A DNA stretch of 64,000 nucleotides from Eledone cirrhosa (Eukaryota). This document shows positions 40,430-52,420 of this stretch, one piece after another. The notes below the pieces were generated by a model. The model had not been told where the DNA came from. It worked only from the letters and a program-made list of their open reading frames with translations, and did no database searches. Position numbers and translations under genes: made by a program. Numbering within the stretch: position 1 is the first letter of the stretch; the number at the start of each line of letters is the position of its first letter. The stretch covers positions 341,806,001 through 341,870,000 of the forward strand of contig OZ024743.1 of NCBI GenBank assembly GCA_964016885.1. Direction: 5' to 3'.

Positions 40430-41025
40430 GGTCATTGTCACTCTGCCGGTTTAGAGACAGAGAGAGGGCCAGTGGATGATGGATCAGCTGTCTCTGAGAC
40501 AAATATAAAGAACACAGTTCTGTCCTGCAGAAGAGCCATAAAATCGGCGCTCTGAATGTGAGGTCGCTGGAGAAGAGAGAGGAGTTGTGTCATCTGTTCG
40601 AGGAGAGAGCTATGCAGATACCTGCGATCCAAGAACAGAGGATCCTACATGATGATCCCGTGAAGAGAGTGATGATTGGAAACAGGAGCCAGCTCATCAC
40701 CACATCAGCAGTGAGGAACACAAGTAATGCTGCAGTAAGAGGAGTGGGATTTGTGTTCAGTGTAAGAGCCAATCTATTGGTGAGGGAAATCATACCTGTC
40801 TCCCCATGAGTATTGAGGGTGACCTTCAATGGAAACCCAAGGCTGACAGTCATCTCAGCCTATAGTCCAACCGAGGGCGACAATTATGTGAGTGCAGAGG
40901 AGTTCCATGAGAAACTGTGCAGAGCTGTCAACACCACACCAACTCATAACATCCTGCTTGTTCTCGGTGGCTTCAATACACATCTGAGTAAGGAGAACAG
41001 TGAAGGTCCTTGCCGATGCTTCTAT
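40430..41025 (+). mobile_element. Inverted 5' part (APE N-terminus) of the same RTE-like LINE
   Basis: LNVRSL..AIQEQR..RGVGF..VISAYSPT..VLGGFNTHL..CFY, continuing into RTNRRLL at ~40150 on the minus strand. Confidence 0.8.
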
Positions 41026-41030
41026 ACTAT

Positions 41031-41102
<72 letters not shown>

Positions 41103-42368
41103 GTGTGTGTGTGTGTGTGTGTGTTTATGTCCGTGTCTGTATATGTGAGTGCAATATTGAATACGATTATCTAAGCTTCCTGTATTGTATTTTTCACAAT
41201 ATTACAGCCCCACCCTTACTCTTCTAGTGCAATTCTCCACTATTTTCCTAATTCTGGTTACACTAATATCCTTCCTTCAAGCGTCAACAATGGTAAATAT
41301 TGACGGTCTTCACTTTCACTTATGTTTCTTTTTATATGCTTATATATTCTGCTAGACTTCCCGATAGTGATAAAACTAGTATTAATTTTTTACATTGCTG
41401 ACAATGTTAGATGCATTAGGCTATCTTAGGTTTAGGAACAGCAGGGATATTCGTCCGAGAGTTGACAAATGAGAGAGTTCTTGTTTATTGGTTGCATTTC
41501 ATTCACTACTTTTTTTTATTTGTTGTCACATGTTTTTTTACCGTATCTGGGCTATTCATTATATATAACACCACCAAATAAATGACCAGTATCATCCACT
41601 TAAGTGCGTCAGGAAAATAGCATTTATGAGTCATTGTAATTAAATGCGCAAGATTGTAAATGAGTTCACGTGGAAAGATACATTTCTTTAAATGTAAGGA
41701 TGGCTAGAAGAAAGATTGATAAGAAAATTATATAGATACCAATCTGAAAAAGGAAGAAATAGGAAAATATAGATAATACTGGTTTAGGAAACTAGAAGAT
41801 AAATTGAAAAAAAATCAGAATGACAGACTTGAAAATATGTGGAACTGTGTCAAATGAAATAAACATAGATTTATTGGTATTTATTCCGAATAGAAAAAAC
41901 ACTGATTTTAACTTCCTTATCTCACCACAATTTTGCTTTAAGAATAAAACTAAACTGTCACCTTTTAAGAGATATGATTAAAATTAATATATTCATTTTG
42001 TTTATATTCTTCTATTTGCAATACTTCAACAGTGTGACCAGATTACCACGAAGTTTGATACGTAACCACATGATATTGTATTTCTTTTGGTACGCAGTAA
42101 TTTTCAAAGAAGCTATATATATATATATATATAACTGTTATTAATCTCGAAACCTTTAATCTTGGTGTATATATATATATATATATATATATAACTTTTA
42201 TTAATCTCCAACCCTTTTAATTCTGGCGTTTCACCTGTATATTCACAGGGACATTAGACTATAAGTATAAATAGGCAAAAATTCCAGAATATCAGACATC
42301 ATTAATATTTTAACATTGATAGTATATATACACACATAAACAAATAATAAAATAATACACGCATTCAA

Positions 42369-42465
<97 letters not shown>

Positions 42466-42466
<1 letters not shown>

Positions 42467-42599
42467 TTTAATATAGATGAGATTCTACAGGACTAGAACT
42501 GTTTCATTCTTTAGAAATCATCAGGAATCTGGCCAGATTCCGGATGATTTCTAAAGAATGAAACAGTTCTAGTCCTGTAGAATCTCATCTATATTAAAA
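42466..42599. repeat. 134-bp near-perfect palindrome made of two head-to-head hammerheads (42480-42530 -, 42535-42585 +)
   Basis: agattc-CTGATGA-tttctaaagaat-GAAA-cagttctagtcctg-TA-gaatct on the minus strand; the plus copy has CGGATGA; centre GG|CC at 42532/42533. Confidence 0.9.
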
Positions 42600-42665
42600 C
42601 TTTTATACTCTGCTATGTATTGAGTACCTTACTTACTGTGGTTACCTCCGATTCAACCCGGAATA

Positions 42666-42696
<31 letters not shown>

Positions 42697-42745
42697 ATAA
42701 TAAAATTCGCAGTAGTTTCAGATGTTAAAGTCCGCTATTGATAAT

Positions 42746-42820
42746 GTTGTGATACATATTTCAATGACGACAGTGGCCACACGATTCCGTATACCCAGTG
42801 CCATGAAATCATCAGACAGC
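42746..42820 (-). ncRNA. Hammerhead ribozyme, extended stem II
   Basis: gctgt-CTGATGA-tttcatggca...gtcgtcatt-GAAA-tatgta-TC-acaac; a related flank lies at 43700-43760. Confidence 0.6.
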
Positions 42821-44010
42821 TTCTTACATAATAAGGTTACGTTCCCGAGGCAATCCAAATTGAAACAAGGGAACGGACAAGGCGCGTGTTCTTGAATCCC
42901 TCCCCGTTACCTCGTGAGCCCCAATTCACCTCCACATGTTTGCGCAGGCGCAAAAGTGAAGGGACCATCCACTACCCCAAACTCAACGGAACTAGGCTAG
43001 GCAAGTCCCCACCTCAACCAAACAACAACCCCCATCCAGGCCGGTAACATGACACAGTTAAAGTTTACTGCTATTCGCCCTGCCAGTGACAGATTACCAA
43101 AGCGTAGAGGTGGTGGCAGAGTATGAATTTCAATAGGCCTCAATACTACCCCTAATTTATGCTTGGACAATAGAGTTGAACATACCCGCTAAGAGAATAT
43201 AAACTTAATTCTAGATATTATGGTTTCACAGTGGAAATTAAGAATAAAAATTAGAAATTAAAAGTTAAAATCTTAATTGAAGTAAATGAAAATACATATA
43301 TATATATAAAATAGATAGAGAGATGTTTAAATTATAGTAAGAAGTACCGGACGGAAAATTATAGCAAGAAATTTTGAAAAGGGGATCAATATTGGATATT
43401 ACATATATATTATCCATATATAGAACGATAGTACCGTACGGTAGAACAGAAGGTAAATTAAAGTATGAGACGTAGTAATTAGGCAAACAGTTAGTTAATA
43501 TCTTCTGCCACATGAACCAAAACAAAAAGTATATAGATTAAAATGAGAGAGGAAATATATATGAGAAAAAATATATGAGAAAGATAAACAGGTATATAGG
43601 TATGCAAATGAGAGTAGAAGTGGTGAAAATGCTTTACGGTAAATATTGATGCAATTCAATTCAAACACTCTACATACTTTATCTACAAGAAAATGCGAGT
43701 AGTCTCAGATGTTAAAGTTCTTTATTGACAAGGCTGTGATACATATTTTGATGTCAGAACAAGAACTGTTTCATTCGAATGAAATTATCAGGAACGCCGA
43801 CTATCAATGTGATATGGTGGTATTTCCACATTTTCTGATGGTAGGGGAAGATGGTGATTGGGATGGGTGGAGGTCATTGAGTGATGGATTTAAAGAATGG
43901 GGATTCTTTGAAAAAAAAACTATATTTAGAGAAAAATACATAGTGATTCAGAATGATACAAATGCAGGCACCCCTACTTTTGAAATTTCATTTATTCCCG
44001 GAGGAAACAT

Positions 44011-44224
44011 AAGAGTACCACTGATGATGTCACAGGTGTGTGATGAAAGACACATATATATTTTTAACCGTTGGTACATCAATGATAAATATTAATTGCC
44101 AGCCTAAATTAACTATGGTGATATAAAATATACAGAAGTGAAAACCAATCCAAACCAAAGAGTGAATGTGTTTTATTATTAATCTGGCAATATTAGAGCA
44201 ATATGATCCTTCCCAAATATAACA

Positions 44225-44227
<3 letters not shown>
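44011..44227 (+). mobile_element. Solo pseudo-LTR (PLE-3-related) with a decayed hammerhead at 44015-44077
   Basis: gtacca-CTGATGA-tgtcacaggtgtgtgat-GAAA..; homologous to the reverse complement of 18501-18760. Confidence 0.62.
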
Positions 44228-44256
<29 letters not shown>

Positions 44257-44284
44257 GTGTGTATGTGTGTGTGTGTGTGTATGT

Positions 44285-44374
<90 letters not shown>

Positions 44375-46231
44375 ATAATTGTCATGGGAGTCAACATATG
44401 ATTCTTGATGTCACTTGAATTAATAGAAAAAGGACTAAAATATCCGTCAAATAACTATGTAATAGAGTATTAAATAAAGCTGAAATTGATAGTGCGGTCA
44501 TAAATAAATTAAGTATACGGAGGACACTGAGTATTCCTTACAGTGTTACCTTTAGGCTGCTCAATCAGACATGCCATTTCTGTTAATCAAATATATCCTA
44601 TTGATAAAGTAATTCTAGAAACTTAAATGAAAATGTTTGGAAACATTGCATTAGTTTGGTTTGTTTATTTCTGTTTAAAATTTATGTCAATAATATCTAA
44701 TCTATTTTCCATAAAACATTGTAACAGATAATTCATTCATAATTTGATTCCTGCTTTATTCCTGTCATAAATATCGAATTGGAGAGAGGCCTTATATATG
44801 CTCTACACTGGTGTATGTATAGAATTTAACTTTACTGCTATGCTTAATAACTGACAGGCTATTGTGTAAAGGTAAAATCAGAACATATGTAAAATTATAT
44901 AGCAGAACGAAATATATATAAGTACCTACTTTTAGATAGAGATAGTTAGACAGGCACTCTGTTGTATTATCCATAATGTCGGCACTTGACAAGCGATATT
45001 TACATGATTTGAGCCCTGTCATTGGGTTTGACTATTTTCTTTCGTCACAAATAGCTATCTATTTAATTTTGTTATAAATATCATTCATTAATCCACTGAA
45101 TATCACATTACGTTGGAAATCTTAGCATTTATGATATTGATTGCAAAATAAGAACACCTTCGCCTATTTCTTGTCCTTTTACAAATATCAGTTATCATAA
45201 ATAGTAATTAAATGCTAGTTTGCTAGCGCACGATTTCCAGAAACATTATCAGTTTGAACAAAATGGTCTCTTACAAAATTCACTTTAATTTAATATATCT
45301 CCTTAAATTTAATATATCTGTAAAAATATTTAAACATTAATAATCCTAGTATTCTTATTTTTTACAAATCTTAGCTATTTGTATTCCATTTGCATTACAT
45401 ATCATCTGAGACTATTAAAATATACTAAGATGATGTTTTTGTTTTTGTTATTTAATCTCATGTCGACACAGATCGAGATGTATGATCAAAGCTTTCCAGC
45501 TATGAACATCCTGCGTTTTATACGAACAGTCATACTAATAGACCATCCTATATGTGACTACATTTTAAAGGCAGTGATGTATAACTTGACAGAAAATATG
45601 TATATAGTAGCATGATTGACCACAGTTCATTGTGTACTTAAGTATATTATATATTGAAAAACACAATGCGAAAATTCTGTACTTATAATCCAGTAAAATA
45701 TTCCAAATTATAAACGACCTTAATATATTTATTTACATAGAAATTCATGTTTGGTTTTTCATGCTTACTTTAATTAGAAAATGATAGGATGTTTTAATTA
45801 AAATATATGAGATTCTAATTATTAAATACTTTATAAAATAATGCTCTCTTCTACTTTGGTTAAAATAAAGAGGATATAATTAAAATATATGAGGTTTTAA
45901 TATTTACTTGCTTTATAAAATGATAATCGCGCCTTATACATTAATTAAACATAAATCGATATGTTTAAATTATACGATGTTTTGTTCGTTTGTATTTATG
46001 CACATTTCAGATATAAGTATGCCAATATAAATAGACTGTTTGGTTAACATGTTCGTTCAACAACCACGTGATTTTGAGTTCAGTTCCACTGCGTGGTACC
46101 TTCAGCAAGTATATTTTATAATTTGTGGTTGAAATTTGTGAATCAAATATTCTACACAGTAACTTTGTCGCATACATACACACACATACACACTCTCGTA
46201 TATAGAGTTTTTTCACTTAAATTTAATATGT

Positions 46232-46266
<35 letters not shown>

Positions 46267-46341
46267 ATATAATCAAGGTTTAGCAAATAAGAAAAAGTTT
46301 TAAAATAAATTTTAAAAAATTCGCTGTACTCACTATGGTCA

Positions 46342-46427
46342 CCTTTACCGAATCGGTTTCGAGTCTCAAAAATAAATGGACAGTCCTTGCGGTCTTTCCA
46401 TTTCAAAGATAAACTCTCGTCAGAAGG
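46342..46427 (-). ncRNA. Hammerhead ribozyme, canonical core
   Basis: Reverse complement of the copy at 47303-47388. Confidence 0.8.
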
Positions 46428-47302
46428 ATCTTTTCACTCGGAGAATATAAAATTCACGAGTTCAAATTACGAGCTGGCGCTATTCAAAATAGTTCCTGAG
46501 ATGAGAATAAATGATGTGGAAGCAATTCCGTCCAGTGCCGTGTGTAAAGATAGAAGCAAAGGCAGGGAGGTCAGTCTACTACCACTATAACTAGCAGCAG
46601 TCAGAACGACCAAATTTTGTTCTCGACTAAGAGGAGAATAATAATAAAGTATATATCCCTACACGCAAAAAGCGTCTAGAGACACATGTATTGTCCAACC
46701 ATATGCCAATGTGGTTCAATGGCAGGTTAATAAATTATCGAGCCAGAACATATATAATCAAGGTTTAGCAAATAAGAAAAAGTTTTAAAATATATTTTAA
46801 AAAATTCGCTGTATTCAATCTGGTTACCTTTACCGAATCGGTTTCGAGTCTCAAAAATAAATGGACAGTCCTTTTTTGAGACTCGAAACGGATTCGGTAG
46901 AGGTAACCATAGTGAGTACAGCGAATTTGTTTAAACTTATTTTAAAACTTTTTCTTATTTGCTAAACCTTGATTATATATGTTCTGGCTCGTTAATTTAT
47001 TAACCTGCCATTGAACCACATTGGCATTTGGTTGGACAATACATGTGTCCCTAGACGCTTTTTGCGTGTAGGGATATATACTTTATTATTATTCTCCTCT
47101 TAGTCGAGAAAAAAATTTGGTCGTTCTGACTGCTGCTAGTTATAGTGATAGTAGACTGACCTCCCTGACTTTGCTTCTATCTTTACACACGGCACTGGAC
47201 GGAATTGCTTCCACATCATTTATTCTCATCTCAGGAACTATTTTGAATAACGTCAGTTCGTAATTTGAACTCGTGAATTTTATATTCTCCGAGTGAAATG
47301 AT

Positions 47303-47388
47303 CCTTCTGACGAGAGTTTATCTTTGAAATGGAAAGACCGCAAGGACTGTCCATTTATTTTAGAGACTCGAAACCGATTCGGTAAAGG
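47303..47388 (+). ncRNA. Hammerhead ribozyme, canonical core, extended stem II
   Basis: cctt-CTGACGA-gagttt..aaatgga..tccattt..agactc-GAAA-ccga t tcgg-TA-aagg. Confidence 0.82.
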
Positions 47389-47588
47389 TAACCATAGTGA
47401 GTACAGCGAATTGTTTTTTATTTATTTTAAAACTTTTACTTATTTGCTAAACCTTGATTATATATGTTCTGGCTCGTTAATTTATTAACCTGCCATTGAA
47501 CCACATTGGCATATAGTTGGACAATACATGTGTCCCTAGACGCTTTTTGCGTGTAGGGATATATACTTTATTATATATATATATAGTT

Positions 47589-47639
47589 AGTTTCAGAAGA
47601 TCCCGTTAAGGGTGAAAGCAGCGATTCTTTGCTTAAACT
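47589..47639 (+). ncRNA. CAGAAGA-core hammerhead-like motif, best-paired copy
   Basis: agttt-CAGAAGA-t ccc gttaa ggg t-GAAA-gca gcgattctt tgc-TT-aaact. Confidence 0.6.
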
Positions 47640-48213
47640 TTAATCTATTATTTTAATAAATATATATATATATATAGGAACGAGTAGGACCCCGACGGCT
47701 GAGCTCATGCCGTTTTGACGGCTAATTCCTATTACCCATTCTACTACCCTAAGTATTGAGTACTTTGCTGCGTTATGGTCCACCTGGTTCCTTAGCACAT
47801 TTCCTTCGTTATATATATATATATATGAACAGAGGGAGAACGAGACGATTATTAGGAAGAAAGATATATTAATTTCCTTTTTTGTCTCTCTCTCTCTTTT
47901 TTCTGATTAAAACGAAATGTTTTACTTTGTGTGAAGTGTTAAGCTATTAGTTGATTTATTTATTATTTAACAATTGCATTTATTTATCTATTTATATATT
48001 TAATTATTGTCTATTACCGGTTTCAGCATTTTTATGCATTATCAAATGATAGTGAAATGCATTAGTGTGGTGTCGCACATGTTACACAGAAGGTGCAGAA
48101 AGAATAATGTTATTTACAAACAAAGTCATTGAAGTTAAGCAGATCAAAATGTGTTAATGCAGCAAGAGTGCTTAGTTGATCCATGATTCCGTGATGTAGG
48201 CAAATGGTGGACT

Positions 48214-48326
<113 letters not shown>

Positions 48327-48959
48327 TGGGGAGAGAGACAGACAGACAGATAATTGTTTGCGTGTGGCCGTCTTCATTTGTTAGTTTAAGTCGCGTAACT
48401 TAATGTTTTGATAAAATGTTATTGGTACAATCAGTACCTGATTTTAAAAAAATAAGAAGTCAATAGGATCGATTAAGAAAAGTTCCTTGAAGCCGGTGAC
48501 CCAGTATAGCAACAAGCCAATGAATGAAATCAGAATAAGAATAAGTATATATAAAAGTATATTTATTTTGATTGTTTTAAAATTTGTATAAATTGTGAAC
48601 GTTAGCGCACTTTCTGACAGCTTTCCAAACAGTTCATCACACATTAACTGTAGTCACGTTGGTGATATTGGAAAAGTAAGATATATTATAAAGTACTGCA
48701 TAAAATGTGACATAACGCGCCAACGAGAGAAACCTTTATGCTGTCCCTGGACGCGCTAGTCAGATATCCCTCAAATTACACCATGCTGTTTTTACTCTCT
48801 TTGCATACAATAATATATACAATTAGAAAATAATAATATTTGAATGAAACAAAAAAGAAAGGGAAATGAGAAAAAGAAAAAAATAGAATAAAAAAACGAA
48901 AAAAAGGGAGAAAGTGTGGGAGGAACAGACTCTAAACCTCAGTCTGAATGGTGCTTCGG

Positions 48960-49960
48960 TTGTGCCCCCAGAAAAAATGGCGAAGGTATTGCCACAGACA
49001 ATAGCCAGTGACACGCCCTGCAACATTCAATCGCCTCACGGGGCGCCCACCTCAGGTAGGCTGCTGTCTTTTCGATTTTGCAGAGGAACTCGGCAGTGAC
49101 GGAACCGAGCACATCAGATGTCTCGACGGCGATTGTTACAAAAATGAAGCCGTTGGTCAAGTCCCGGTATTTCTTTAACTTCCTCATCTCTGCATTGTAG
49201 GCGGCGTGCCCGGGTTTGCTGATCGTATATACGAGTGTTAGGCATTGAAGGAGTCTCAATAAGTTGCGTCATAGACTCCAGTTATGTCGGAAAGCCGGCT
49301 GCGTCGGGGCTCCTCTTAATGATGTCGTTCAGAGCGGCGTATCAAGATAACCGGCCTGTGCTAAATCGGCATGATAACGGGCGCATGCAGAACTCGTCAA
49401 CAACAGCCCCACACCGGCATTTCAGCCACACGCCGAAGTTTGGTTGCGAGGCGGATCGGTGGGATATAAAACGGAGTCGGTCCAAGGATGACTCTATCTT
49501 ACTGAAGGTTGACCTGCACCTGCTGTCGTCCCAGGTACGTTGGGCAGCTTTATTGTTTGCAAAGGTGAGACCTTCGTCAGCCCAATAGGCCAAATTTGAC
49601 TCCAGTTTTCAGATCACGTAAGGTTTTGCCGCTTGCGAAGGATCTCACTGATGAAGGTATGGCTGGCATGGATTAAAGAGTGATAGACCGGTAGTGACAT
49701 GTCTGAAGTGGTTCAGAGGCCTCCCAGGGAGGGTCGCCTGTTTACAGCAGAAGCTAACATTGTTTGAGTTCTGCACAGCGTCGGATTGTGGTATCGAATT
49801 TGGTGATACGATCTCCAAATTGGTTCTTAGATCTCTAAGGTGGTCGAATCGCAGGCCAACAACTTCGCCACAGCTGCTCCCTCGGAAGGATCACAGGGCA
49901 GCTTCAACGCCTTCAATGGACGTGGTCAGAGCGATATCACATGCCGTAGAAAACAATATT
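48960..49960 (-). mobile_element. Second CRE-clade retrotransposon fragment, more decayed
   Basis: CRCGAVVDEFCMRPLSC, KLKKYRDLTNGFIFVTIAVETSDVLG, VSLAIVCGNTFAI. Confidence 0.75.
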
Positions 49961-50399
49961 TTGGACTCTCCCTAAAGCTATTTCACCTCCACTTACTGTA
50001 TCCTATCCTGCATCTTTTCCCCTTTCACGTAATTTATAATTTATTATTTCTCTCTTTTATCTGTTATTTGTTATTATATTTTTTCTTCCTATTCTAACCC
50101 TCTGAAATATAACCACTACATATGTATATATTTAATATTTATTTTCATATTAATAGTATTTATACCCTCATCACATCTTTATACTTACTCACCACTATAA
50201 CTTTAACCACCACCACTATCACCATCACTATTATCAACAATCATATTATGTTCATATTTTTTAAAACTTATTTTTCATCATCTTCATTCTAACTTCTTTA
50301 TCATTATTTTTTTCTTTTTCTCTTTTTTTATTATTATTGATGTTGTTGTTCAGATTATCCGTTGTATCTATAAATTCAAACTCCGCGTGTAAATTATTT

Positions 50400-50510
50400 A
50401 GTATTCCGATGATTTGATCAGGCAAACGCTGTATTTAAGGTCGAGTGACACAACTCCGAGTGATTAGAGGCCTTCAGACATACCTAATCAATGAAACAAT
50501 TGTTAATACT
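50400..50510 (+). ncRNA. Hammerhead ribozyme, U4C core, 80-nt stem II region
   Basis: agtatt-CCGATGA-tttgatcagg...cctaatcaat-GAAA-caattg-TT-aatact; the flanks ttattta/taaataa extend stem I. Confidence 0.68.
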
Positions 50511-50628
50511 GTAAATAAAACCCTTTTTGTACAGCTGACCATGTTATTCTTCAATCTTTCACTATTATTACTCCAAGATTGACCTGCAGAGGAATTCTCG
50601 CGAACTCGCTGCCTAACTGTGAAACCTC

Positions 50629-51184
50629 TTGTTGAGTCAAACAACCTATACCAATAATTTGGTATCCCATATATATTTATATATCAATGACCGAGATAGA
50701 GACATAGATAACAACATAGGTAGCAATAGTAATAGCTTTACTTCAGGAACTAGGAGCGACCGTGACAGAAAATGCAACTGTCGTGACAGGGGTGGCTGCC
50801 CTCTCAGGGGAAACTGCCTGACTGATACTGTTATTTATAGGTGCACCATAAGTAGCCATAATAGAGTTAAACACCATATAGGGGCCACCTCTGACCAGTT
50901 CAAAACTAGATTTAGAACACATCTCCACTCTTTCAGGAACAAAAAAACTAAGGCACTCCACGTCACTTGCCAATTACGTCACTACATTAAAAGACGCCAA
51001 CATCGGCTTCTCCACACACTGGGATATTGTCGCTAGGGCTGCACCCTACAATTTCAAGAGGAAGTGCGAGCTTTGCTTCATGGAGGTTTACTACATCATA
51101 AGAACACCCCTTGAACTCATAAACAGCAGAGCTGAATCAGTCATAAGCTGCAGGCACCGAATACAGCTGTCTTATTTCGAGTAG
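50629..51184 (+). pseudogene. PLE (Naiad-like) GIY-YIG endonuclease fragment, PLE-4
   Basis: CNCRDRGGCPLRGNCLTDTVIYRC..HIGATSDQFKTRFRTH, then WDIVARAAPY..CELCFME..INSRAE..SCRH in another frame. Confidence 0.82.
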
Positions 51185-51791
51185 GAACCGACTGTGGCAT
51201 GAAAACTATAAACTGGGTACCCCTGCCCAAACCATAACACTCCGGCGCAAACAAACATCTGTGAACTAAATATTCATCCCAGACCCGGCTTGAACCGGCA
51301 TTAGTAAAGCAGAACCCACAAAATAATAACGCAAAACACCATCATGTGAACGGGTAAAAAAGCAGTCGGAGAAGATTATTCAAGCACCGGCCCGAGTTAC
51401 TCCCCTTGATCTGTGGAAATAACAACAGATGTACTTAAACGTAGAATGAACTCTGATGTGAATTTAACCTTAAAACCCCTCCTGGGTCGCGTACTGATCC
51501 TTTTTTTTGTTTCCTATGCCCTTGAGAAGCCTTTTTGGGGCGAAACGTATATAGGTACATTGTTATATAAACATGTTTTAACGGAATATACTCCTTTGTA
51601 TTTATTTCTTTTGTAACCACTCAGCTTATATTCTCGCCCACTAAATATTAACGATTCTAATATTTAACCCTGTAGGCACAAGTATTGAGCACATTTGCAC
51701 AAACCATTGGCAACTAAATATATGTATCGCTCATCTCTTCTTTTTTTCTCTCTCTCGATACTTAAACATTCTCTCTCTCTCTATATATATA

Positions 51792-52091
51792 TACTATAAG
51801 GATAAGGAACAATGATTCAGTGTTGCATCATAACATATTTAATAACATATTACATATGTTTCACTATCGATCAGCTTGAGCCAAGAACTATTATAGATCG
51901 AACCTGAGTCTGTAATCGAGGGTTGATCATATTGACATATTGACTAATGTATAGCATTTATATAACCCAAGTCAGTCATGTTCGATCTATAATAGGTCTT
52001 GCCACGAGCTGATCGATAGTGAAACATATGTAATATGTTATTAAATATGATATGATGCAACACTGAATCCTTCTTCCTTATCCTTATAGTA
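51792..52091. repeat. Fold-back element (arms 51792-51903 / 51980-52091) with a decayed hammerhead at 51933-52040
   Basis: Arms are reverse complements; tgacatat-[tgacta]..GAAA-catatg-TA-atatgtta. Confidence 0.7.
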
Positions 52092-52119
52092 TTATACTCT
52101 GCTCTGCGCGAGCATCGAG

Positions 52120-52420
52120 TGCTCAAACTGCATACCGCCTACGGGCGCATTTTTCATGCAACCATACAACTATATATATATTTTTTTCAATGTGGTCTAC
52201 CCTTGGTGTTGTATTCCAGGTAGATAAACTGATGAACTGTCTCTATCTCCGTTTTCCCGTTGAAGACGCAACAAAGGGGGTAATAGGGGTGAACAGCCGG
52301 TCATCTGTGTGGTATCATTTTCAGAGTCTGACACCCAGACATGATACGGGATTTGAAATTATAAATTGGAAAGATCGGCTAAATACTCTCCATCCTTACT
52401 ATTTCTAAATGTCGAGGAGT
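52120..52420 (+). pseudogene. Decayed CR1-like LINE C-terminal remnant
   Basis: KLHTAYGR, WST..VDKL, ATK, GFEIINWKDRLNTL resemble the LINE ORF2 tail. Confidence 0.4.

Larger units (their letters stand above)
46266..47575 (+). mobile_element. Non-coding retrozyme-like element: 485-bp tandem unit, ~1.25 copies inverted against ~1.45 copies
   Basis: aatcaagg recurs at 46271/46756, GAAA at 46885/47370; inversion point ~46872; one hammerhead per unit; (TA)n flanks. Confidence 0.8.

Noticed and set aside
43709-44095. 128-aa ORF
   Set aside because: It spans a patchwork of pLTR and hammerhead remnants (43700-43800, 44011 onward) and has no protein motifs.
46387-47343. Twin 67-aa ORFs (46387-46590 +, 47140-47343 -)
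   Set aside because: They come from the inverted duplication, are antisense to the ribozyme, start at TTG and show no protein motifs.
48444-48644. 66-aa hydrophobic ORF as a membrane-protein exon
   Set aside because: The hydrophobicity follows from T-rich composition; no partner exon or recognisable motif.
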